Positions 50,976 to 61,494 of a DNA stretch of 64,000 nucleotides are shown in pieces. The notes under the pieces are model-generated. The model made no database searches. It saw nothing but the letters and a program-made list of their open reading frames with translations, and was not told the DNA's origin. Numbering within the stretch: the stretch's first letter is position 1; every line of letters starts with the position of its first letter. Source of the stretch: Candidatus Eiseniibacteriota bacterium. GTDB taxonomy: Bacteria > Eisenbacteria > RBG-16-71-46 > CAVPCR01. The stretch spans positions 288,001 through 352,000 of the forward strand of contig CAWGMA010000001.1 in the NCBI GenBank assembly GCA_963823555.1, read 5' to 3'. Both the position numbers and the translations under genes were made by a program.

Positions 50976-51027
50976 TTGACTTAACCGGGTCGCTTCACTA
51001 TAGTTACAGCGTTAAGGACAGCTTAAC
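50976..51027 (+). promoter_or_regulatory. sigma70 promoter plus palindromic operator upstream of the C25 peptidase
   Basis: TTGACT-17 nt-TATAGT (50976-51004); GTTAAG-N5-CTTAAC (51011-51027). Confidence 0.7.
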
Positions 51028-51293
51028 CGCCTGCCCTGAGCCGCGCTGCGCACAACCCCCAAGCGGTCGGACCTCCTCCGACCCAGGAAAACACCGCATC
51101 GAACCTGGCTAACGATCTCGAGCACAACAGGGATTCCGCCATCTTGAGGCGGCAACCCAGGTTCCTTTTCCTCGAGCGGTCCGGAAACTGACTTTGATGT
51201 CCTGCTACCCAGTCCGCCCTGGGTGCTGAACACCTATCGAGTGGAGGCTCGTCTCCGAGTCTCCCGCATCGGACCCGAGGCGGGTCCGGAGGA

Positions 51294-54200
51294 ATGAGCA
51301 TGCGGTTCCACACCTCGTGCCTCCCAGCGCTTGCCGCAGCCCTCATCCTGGCGGGGATGTCGCCCCCCGGAGCGGTGGCTTCTTCCTGGTCCCCTCGAGT
51401 GAGCGGAGATCCCGCGTTCGCCCGGATCACCGTGGAGTTCGAACCCGGCGACGTTGGTTTCAGCGCTCAGAGCGAAGGCCTGGAGATCGCCGAGGTCCTG
51501 ACCGCCAACGACCGCTGGCACTTCCCGGGGGCTCCGGACCTGCCCATCCTGAGGCTTGTCGTCCAGGTCGATGACGATTTCCGCGTCGAGGACGTGTTGA
51601 TCAGGAGCGAGGACGAGGTCTCGATGGGCAGGCATCCTCTGGCGCCCGCCGCGGCGGACGGGGGCGGAGAGCGTGTGGCCGATCCTGCGTTCTACGGGAG
51701 CAATGACTTCATTCCCCCGCGCGCGGCCGAGGTCGCCGGAGAGGCCTGGTCGAGAGGACGCCGCCTGGCCTACGTCACGATCTATCCCCTGCGCACGAAC
51801 CCGGTGAGCGGCGAGGTCATGCTATCGACCCGGCTCACCATCGAGCTCACCGGTCGCAGAGACGCCGCCGTTCACGGCCGGCGCCCGCGCCCGGTGCCAT
51901 GGGAAGCCAAGGTCGATGAAGCCCTCGGGCGGATCGCCGTCGACCTCCGCAGCTCCCCGGGCGCGAAGTCGGCGGCGCCGATGACAGGCGAAGTGGAAGG
52001 TTTCTGGAGCCCGACCTACCGGCCCACTCTCGATGGCAGCCCCGTCGAGTACGTGATCATCACCTCGGCCGCTCTCGAGCCGGAGTTCCAGGTGCTCGCC
52101 GACTGGAAGACCAAGAAGGGCGTGCAGGCCGTCGTGCGTACCCTCGAGTGGATCACGACGTCGTACCCGGGCGTCGACCGCGCGGAAAAGCTCAGGAACT
52201 TCGTCACCGATGCCTACGAGAACTGGGGCACGCTGTGGGTGCTTCTCGGTGGAGACTCCGATCAGGTGCCCTTGCGGTATGCGAGTCATGCCCTGAACAC
52301 ACCGCCCGAACCGATTCCCACGGATCTCTACTTCTCCTGTCTCGACGGCAACTGGAACGCCGATGGTGATGCCGTCTTCGGCGAAGGCATTCCCCCGGGC
52401 TATCCCGCCGGCGGGGATTCGGTCGACCTCGCGCCCGAGGTCTTCGTCGGTCGCGCCCCGGTCTCGACTCCCGCCCAGGTCGGGGTATTCGTCAGCAAGG
52501 TCATCGACTACGAGCAGGCCATCTTCGCTTCCAATCGCTATCCCAGCTCCGCGCTGCTCCTGGGTGAGCGGCTGTCCCCGTCATCGGACGGCGGGGCCTA
52601 CTGCGAGGATGTTCGCCAGCGCCTTCCCGCCGGCATGCGCGTCGTGCGGATGTACGAGGAGTATCCAAGCTATCCCGGCGCCTTGCCCGAGCTGCGCGTC
52701 ACCGTGATCGACTCGCTGAATGCCGGGTTCGGCCTGGTGCATCACGTCGGTCACGGCTACCGAAACACCATGTCGGTCGGCGACGGCACCCTCTCCAACG
52801 CCGATATCGACAACCTGACCAATGGCGGCCGGCAATCCGTGGTGTATGCCATCAATTGCTCGTCGGCCGCTTTCGACTACGCGGCCATCGGGGAGCGGTT
52901 CCTCAGGAATCTGAACGGCGGCGGCGTGGCCTACATCGGCAGCTCACGCATCGCCTCCTCGGGAGACTCTCGACCGTTCCAGAATGAATTCTACGAGGTC
53001 GTGTTCCAGGACAGCGTCACCTCGGTAGGGAAGGCGGTGGGATACTCCAAGCTGCCGTTCATTCCCGGCTCGCAGTCAGAGACATCCTACCGCTGGGTTC
53101 AGTTCTCCCTCACCTTGCTCGGCGATCCCGAGATGCCGATCTGGAGACGGGGGCCGACTCCGATCACCGTGACGAGCTCGCTCACGCATCCCCTCGGTAC
53201 GGCGAATTACACGGTCACGGCCACGGCCGGCGGCTCACCGCTCCCCGGAGCCCGTGCCACCTTGTGGAAGCAGGGAGACGCGTTTGCCACGGGGTTGACG
53301 CAGGGCAACGGTGTCGCCACCTTGCCGTTTCTCCCATCGTCCACCGGGAGCTTCCATGTGACCGTGGCGCGGCCGGACTATGCTCCGTCCCAGAAGGACG
53401 CGAACGCGGTCGGCGCCAGCAGCGCTTTCCTCTACATCACACAGGTCACGATCAACGACGACGCCATCCCGCCGAGCTCCGGCAACGGCAATGGACAGCC
53501 CGATGCCGGGGAGCGGGTGGAGGTCACGGTGCGTCTCCGCAACGACGGCAGCACGACGGCGACCAACGTGAACGGCATCCTGTCCGTTCTATCGGGAGGC
53601 GCTCACGCTACCATCTTCCAGGCCAACGCGAGCTACGGGACCGTGGCCGTGGGTGGGCAGGCGGTGGGGACCTACGTCATCGACCTCGACCGCGCGGCTC
53701 CCGACGCCTTCCAGCCGACTTTCCAGCTGGCGATCACCACCGGCCAAGGGGCCTTCAGCGACAGATTCGTACTCCCCGTGCGCGGCCATGACATCGAACA
53801 CTACGCCCATGTGCTCTCGGACCCGGCGCCCGGGGGCAACGGCAACGGAGTGCCCGAGCCCGGCGAGGCGCTCAGCTACCGGGTGACGGCGCGCAACAAC
53901 GGGACCGGGCGTGCCGACCAGGTTTCGTTCACCCTACGGGTCCTGAACCGCTTGACGTTGCTTCCCGATCCACAGGTCACGATCACGGACGCCAATTCGA
54001 GCTTCGGCAATCTCCTGTCCGGTGCCACCTTCCAGGGCGATGCTGTCGCCTTCACGCTCGCCGGTGGTGCCGTGGTCAACGATCTCCTGCTCGAGATCTC
54101 CTGGCGCGACGCGCGCGGCGCGCTGCATCTGGATCTCTGCGATCTGGTGCCCCCGGATCCGGTCGAGGAGATCCGGGCGGAGGGCCGAGTCTCGAGCATC

Positions 54201-56090
54201 ACGCTCGAGTGGACGGCGCCCGATTCGAGCGATGTCGCCGGCTATGATATCTACCGATCAACGAATGCCCAGGGCGGCTTCTCACGCATCAATGCTTTCA
54301 CCGCTCTCGGATCCGCCGTGTACGAGGACTCGAATCTGCCCTCCCTGACGCGATACTACTACTACGTGGTGGCGCGGGATCGCTCCTTCAACGAGAGCAT
54401 CGCTTCGCCGATCCTCTCGGCGACGACCACGCCGCCGATCGCCAGCGGCTGGCCGATCGAGATGGGACAGCAGACAGCAGCAGGTGTGGTCATCGATGAT
54501 CTCGATGGAGATGGTGACCTCGAGGTCGTGACCGGGGCCGATGCGATCTATGCCTGGCACAATGACGGCACCGAGGTGCGCGACGGCGACTCGAACCCGC
54601 TCACTTCCGGCGTCTTCGCCACCGACGGCCAGAACGGAGCCTTCGGATTCCATGCCACCCCGGCCATCGGGGACCTCACCGGCGACGGCGACATGGAGAT
54701 CGTGGGCCTGGCCTGGCGCGAGGCCCGGGTCTATGTGTGGAACATCGACGGCTCGCTCGAGCCCGGCTGGCCGCAGACGATAGGCGGCGACTTCAACTGG
54801 GCATCGCCCGTCATCGAGGATCTCGACCTCGACGGCGACATGGAGATCGTCGCCCCATCGGGCATGACCGGCCGCATCTTCGCCTGGCACCATGATGGTA
54901 CCGAGGTGGCCGACGGCGATTCCAATCCCGCGACACAGGGCATTCTCTTCGTGACCGGCAGTTCCTTCCTCTACTCTTCGCCGGCGGTGGGCAACATCGA
55001 CGCAGACGCCTATCCGGAGATCGTGTTCGGCACGCAGAGTTCAGGAGGATTCGTCTATGCGATTTCGGGCATCACGGGCGCCGTCAAGCCCGGCTGGCCC
55101 CGTGAGACGCACAGCCAGGTGACCGCATCGCCCGCGCTTGCCGACTTCGACAATAACGGGTCCCTTGAGGTCGTGATCTGCTCCGAGTCCGACTCGGTCT
55201 ACGTGCTCCGGGGCAACGGGACCGACTATCCGGGCTGGCCCCGCCCCGCCGTCGTCAACTCCGACTTCGGACACACGAGCTCGCCGGTGGTCGCTGACAT
55301 CGACGCGGACGGGTTCCTCGATGTCGTCTTCGCCGCGAACGATGGCCACATGCATGTGTGGAAGCGCGATGGCTTGGTGGTGTCCGGATGGGCCAATGTT
55401 CTCTTCGCCCAGGACGCCCTCAATGCCGATGTGACGCAGTCGACGCCGACCGTGGCCGATCTGGATTCGGACGGTCGGCTCGAGATCGTGGTCGGCGCCG
55501 AGAACGGGCTGATCTACGGCTGGAACCACGACGGGACCTCGTTGGCCGGGTTCCCCATCAGCATCGGCGGCGAGCAGCGAAGCGCGGTCACCCTATGGGA
55601 TGTCGACCAGGACAACTTCGTCGAACTTCTGGCCACCTCCAACGACCGCAATTTCTATGTCTGGGATCTCGCCGGCGAGTTGCGCGCCGATAGGATCCCG
55701 TGGCCGTTCTTCCGTCATGACTCGCGGAACACCGGCCGCTTCGATGCGAAGTTCACGTCGATCGGCATCGCCGACGCCGAGCCGGTCCCGGCGGTGCTCC
55801 AGACCCCGGTCCTCCTCCCGGCCTTCCCGAACCCGTTCAATCCGGCCACCACCATCCGTTTCGTCGTACCGGGAGAGCGGGCCGGTTCGCGGCGGGTCGA
55901 GCTCCGGATCTACGACGTCGAGGGACGGCTGGTCCGGAACCTGGCCAGTGGCCCCTTCGAGACCGGGGAGCATGCGGTCGTCTGGGATGGGCGGACGGGA
56001 GCCGGAGGCCGGGCTGCCAGCGGGGCCTATTTCATGAAGCTGGAAGTGGATGGGGAGGTTCGCACCGGGAAGCTCACCCTTCTCCAGTAG
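51294..56090 (+). CDS. Gingipain-family (C25) cysteine peptidase with propeptide, Ig/FN3 domains, FG-GAP repeats and FlgD-Ig CTD
   Basis: YVIIT, WKTKKG, VLLGGD, TDLYF, VGRAPV, HVGHG and AINC dyad, LLGDPEM; repeated DxDGDG..EIV/GWP; PNPFNPAT...WDG...SGAYF. Confidence 0.92.
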   Translation: MSMRFHTSCLPALAAALILAGMSPPGAVASSWSPRVSGDPAFARITVEFEPGDVGFSAQSEGLEIAEVLTANDRWHFPGAPDLPILRLVVQVDDDFRVEDVLIRSEDEVSMGRHPLAPAAADGGGERVADPAFYGSNDFIPPRAAEVAGEAWSRGRRLAYVTIYPLRTNPVSGEVMLSTRLTIELTGRRDAAVHGRRPRPVPWEAKVDEALGRIAVDLRSSPGAKSAAPMTGEVEGFWSPTYRPTLDGSPVEYVIITSAALEPEFQVLADWKTKKGVQAVVRTLEWITTSYPGVDRAEKLRNFVTDAYENWGTLWVLLGGDSDQVPLRYASHALNTPPEPIPTDLYFSCLDGNWNADGDAVFGEGIPPGYPAGGDSVDLAPEVFVGRAPVSTPAQVGVFVSKVIDYEQAIFASNRYPSSALLLGERLSPSSDGGAYCEDVRQRLPAGMRVVRMYEEYPSYPGALPELRVTVIDSLNAGFGLVHHVGHGYRNTMSVGDGTLSNADIDNLTNGGRQSVVYAINCSSAAFDYAAIGERFLRNLNGGGVAYIGSSRIASSGDSRPFQNEFYEVVFQDSVTSVGKAVGYSKLPFIPGSQSETSYRWVQFSLTLLGDPEMPIWRRGPTPITVTSSLTHPLGTANYTVTATAGGSPLPGARATLWKQGDAFATGLTQGNGVATLPFLPSSTGSFHVTVARPDYAPSQKDANAVGASSAFLYITQVTINDDAIPPSSGNGNGQPDAGERVEVTVRLRNDGSTTATNVNGILSVLSGGAHATIFQANASYGTVAVGGQAVGTYVIDLDRAAPDAFQPTFQLAITTGQGAFSDRFVLPVRGHDIEHYAHVLSDPAPGGNGNGVPEPGEALSYRVTARNNGTGRADQVSFTLRVLNRLTLLPDPQVTITDANSSFGNLLSGATFQGDAVAFTLAGGAVVNDLLLEISWRDARGALHLDLCDLVPPDPVEEIRAEGRVSSITLEWTAPDSSDVAGYDIYRSTNAQGGFSRINAFTALGSAVYEDSNLPSLTRYYYYVVARDRSFNESIASPILSATTTPPIASGWPIEMGQQTAAGVVIDDLDGDGDLEVVTGADAIYAWHNDGTEVRDGDSNPLTSGVFATDGQNGAFGFHATPAIGDLTGDGDMEIVGLAWREARVYVWNIDGSLEPGWPQTIGGDFNWASPVIEDLDLDGDMEIVAPSGMTGRIFAWHHDGTEVADGDSNPATQGILFVTGSSFLYSSPAVGNIDADAYPEIVFGTQSSGGFVYAISGITGAVKPGWPRETHSQVTASPALADFDNNGSLEVVICSESDSVYVLRGNGTDYPGWPRPAVVNSDFGHTSSPVVADIDADGFLDVVFAANDGHMHVWKRDGLVVSGWANVLFAQDALNADVTQSTPTVADLDSDGRLEIVVGAENGLIYGWNHDGTSLAGFPISIGGEQRSAVTLWDVDQDNFVELLATSNDRNFYVWDLAGELRADRIPWPFFRHDSRNTGRFDAKFTSIGIADAEPVPAVLQTPVLLPAFPNPFNPATTIRFVVPGERAGSRRVELRIYDVEGRLVRNLASGPFETGEHAVVWDGRTGAGGRAASGAYFMKLEVDGEVRTGKLTLLQ

Positions 56091-56377
56091 GTCCGGACGA
56101 GCTTGCCCCCCGGGGGCCTTCCCAGCCCCCCAGGAGGCGGGCCTCCCTCCGGTCCTGGGCGGGGGTCCCAGACTCCGGGGGAATGGGGCAAGTGCAATCC
56201 CTGAAGCTCCTTACGCGGTTCCGGGCAAATGTCCCTTGACCCCCCGTCCGTGGCCCGTGTAGCCTCCGCCGCGACCATCCCAGAGGGGGGTGTCGCACCA
56301 GGGGACGTGAAGGACTCTGTAACTTGGCGCGGGGTCCAGTTTCAGTTTGTCTCCAGAGCCATGGAGGGTAAGGCGTG

Positions 56378-57010
56378 ATGCGCTTCGCTTTTGCAGCGGT
56401 GGTCCTGGGTGTCCTGCTCGGTATGAGCGGGATGGCCCTTGCTGAGAACAATGACTGCGTGACGGTTGTGCTCCATGCCGCTTCCGGCATCGACACCGAC
56501 TGCCAGACCGATGTCGATTGCACCGCAGTGCAGCCGACGACTCGGATCGACGGCCCGGTCGGTCTCTACACCGTCGTCATGTACCTCCGGAACTACGACG
56601 AAGTCAACGGCGTGCAGGTCGCATTCGATTGGCCAGGGACCTGGTCCTTCGGCTTCGGCCTCTGGAACTGCCAGACGGGCCAGCTCTCCGCTGTCACCCC
56701 GACCGCACCCGGCCCGCTGTCGGGCAGCATCACCACCGCGTTCAACTTCATCACCGGTGGTGCGCTGGCTCCGGTCGGCGTCATGGTCTTCAACTCGCTC
56801 GGCGTGGACGGCTGCCTGTCCATCATCGAGTCGGAGTATCCGTTCGGGAATCACGTGATCAACGGCAACGTGACTCCGCCGGAGACCGCGATTCGCGACG
56901 AGAACGAGGGCAAGATCTGCGTTGCCGCTGATGGTTTGAACGCTTGCGAGTGCGTACCTGAGGCTGTTGAGCCGGCCACCTGGGGGCAGATCAAGGCCAC
57001 GTACCGCTAG
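56378..57010 (+). CDS. Secreted Cys-rich beta protein with TWG tail (paralog of 45609-46232)
   Basis: Signal peptide; WSFGFGLWNCQTGQLSAVTP, YPFGNHV, GKICV; ends AVEPATWGQIKATYR. Confidence 0.85.
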   Translation: MRFAFAAVVLGVLLGMSGMALAENNDCVTVVLHAASGIDTDCQTDVDCTAVQPTTRIDGPVGLYTVVMYLRNYDEVNGVQVAFDWPGTWSFGFGLWNCQTGQLSAVTPTAPGPLSGSITTAFNFITGGALAPVGVMVFNSLGVDGCLSIIESEYPFGNHVINGNVTPPETAIRDENEGKICVAADGLNACECVPEAVEPATWGQIKATYR

Positions 57011-57249
57011 AAGAAAGACCTCGCCCGGCTCTAGACAAGTCTGGCGGGGCATTCCGGCGGACGGTGTGACTGGGTAGCTCCCTGCTGCCGGCATGTCCCC
57101 ACGGCGGAGGGAGACGTCGATTCCGTTCATCGGGAGCCTTGAGCCTCGATGGGTACCTGCGTGCCATCCACGTGCTACGCGCGGCCTGAACGACCGTGGC
57201 GGGTGCGGGGTGCGGAGGCGGGACCCCCCTCACGAATCAGAGGGACTTG

Positions 57250-57290
57250 AGAAGGCCGAGAGCCTCGAGGCTCTCGGCCTTCTTGCTGTT
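57250..57290. terminator. 34-bp perfect palindrome, probable terminator
   Basis: AGAAGGCCGAGAGCCTCGAGGCTCTCGGCCTTCT (57250-57283) followed by TGCTGTT. Confidence 0.6.
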
Positions 57291-57387
57291 CTCCTGGCGC
57301 TCGCAATCCGCCTGGAGAAACCCCCGAAGACAACTCTGAGATTGCTCCGCTGGTCCCCCGGCCAGCAGGAGGGAGGGATCAGTACCC

Positions 57388-60015
<2,628 letters not shown>

Positions 60016-60024
60016 GGCCCGCTC

Positions 60025-61365
60025 CTAGGCCGGGGCGACGCGCATGTCGCGGCGTTCGTGCGGCCGGAAATGAACCCGGTTCTTGCCGTGGGACTTGGCG
60101 ATGAGAAGGGCCTCGTTCGCCCGCCGCCAGAGCTCGTCGGCGGCGCCGCCGTCGTCGGGAAAGATGGCGCCACCCACCGAGATCGTGACGCTCGTGCGGT
60201 GCTCCTTACCGTCGAGCCCGGGGATGAGGAAGGTCGTCTGCTGCACGGCCCGCCGCAAGCGGTCGAAGATGGTGCGCGCATCCTCCGGCTCGACCGGCGG
60301 GGCCAGGACGACCGTGAACTCCTCGCCGCCCCAGCGGGCCACGCAGTCGAAGGGACGAACGAGCCCCTTGAGAGTCTGGGCCACGCGCAAGAGCACCTGA
60401 TCGCCTCCGACGTATCCGTAGCGCGAGTTGAAATTCCTGAAGTCGTCGACGTCGATGATGGCGAGGGCCAGGTGCCGGCCTTCACGCCGGGCGCGGGCGA
60501 GGAGATTCTGGAACTGGATCTCGAAGAAGGCCTTGTTGAAGATCTGGGTACGCGAATCGATGAAGACGAGCTCCTGCAGGCGCGCCACGTTGAGGAGCAG
60601 CTCGCGTCCGGTGTCGGCGATGAGCTCGAGAAGAGCCAGTCGTTCCCGCGTGAAATGACCGGGACGAGCTGAATAGACCTCGATCATCCCGCGCACCCGG
60701 TCACCAGCGCGCCCCAGCCCGATGGCCGCTCCCGTGCGCATGCTGTCCCCGACCCCCGCTTCTTGCCGCGCGTCGGCGGTGAGCTCGCGGAGGAGATAGA
60801 CATAGCTGCGCGCTGGTTCCCAGTCGCCGGCCACCACCGAGGCGAAGGGCGAGCCCGAGCCGGCGAATGGGGTGAAGCCGTCGTGCTCGTCGCGCTCGAT
60901 GGCCAAGTAGCGGACCTCGTCGCAAGCCAGCACCTGGCGGGTGAAGGAGAGGAGAAGAGCGATGAGAGGCTCGGTCTCCGCCACCTGCGTGCCATCCTCG
61001 GTCAGGATGCGGCTGGCAAGGACCAGGAGCTCCCGGGTGGTCTCGATGCTTGCCGGGCTGCCGCCGGGCAGCACGGGCAGCGGAATCGAGACGATGGCAT
61101 CGATCGGGTCGGCCGGGAGGTGAACCGTGATCGTGGCGCCCGTCGCCAGATTCCGGTAGCGACGGCGGCGCTCGCCAGCCTCCTCGGAGCGCACGAGACC
61201 GCGGACCTCGAGCTCGCGGAGCACATCGGCGGCGACCAGCTCGGCCTGCTCGAGGTCTCCCGCCGCCAGCGCCTCACGCACGCGCTCGCGAAGCTCAGGG
61301 GAGAGCTCCTGGGTCGGCAGCACGCGCTGCAGTAGTTCGAAGAAGTTGATCTCTTGCGTGCGCAT
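60025..61365 (-). CDS. GAF-like sensor diguanylate cyclase
   Basis: DVDDFRNFN..YG..GGD; RPFD I-site five residues before GGEEF; TISVG, AKSHGKNRV; upstream GAF-like GMIEVYS..PGHFT. Confidence 0.9.
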   Translation of the reverse strand: MRTQEINFFELLQRVLPTQELSPELRERVREALAAGDLEQAELVAADVLRELEVRGLVRSEEAGERRRRYRNLATGATITVHLPADPIDAIVSIPLPVLPGGSPASIETTRELLVLASRILTEDGTQVAETEPLIALLLSFTRQVLACDEVRYLAIERDEHDGFTPFAGSGSPFASVVAGDWEPARSYVYLLRELTADARQEAGVGDSMRTGAAIGLGRAGDRVRGMIEVYSARPGHFTRERLALLELIADTGRELLLNVARLQELVFIDSRTQIFNKAFFEIQFQNLLARARREGRHLALAIIDVDDFRNFNSRYGYVGGDQVLLRVAQTLKGLVRPFDCVARWGGEEFTVVLAPPVEPEDARTIFDRLRRAVQQTTFLIPGLDGKEHRTSVTISVGGAIFPDDGGAADELWRRANEALLIAKSHGKNRVHFRPHERRDMRVAPA

Positions 61366-61494
61366 TCGACAGCTGTGGTGGGCGGTGGATTGCCGGCGCT
61401 CGTCGTCCCTCCTCGACTTCCTGGGGCACTTCGCGGCGCCGCGGACTTGGGCCACGAGGATTATACCACCGCCGAGAGAGGGTGCCCACCCTGT

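Noticed and set aside
57020..57240. SRP RNA or SAM riboswitch
   Set aside because: No SRP helix-8 CAGG...GGAA...AGCAG core or SAM-I consensus
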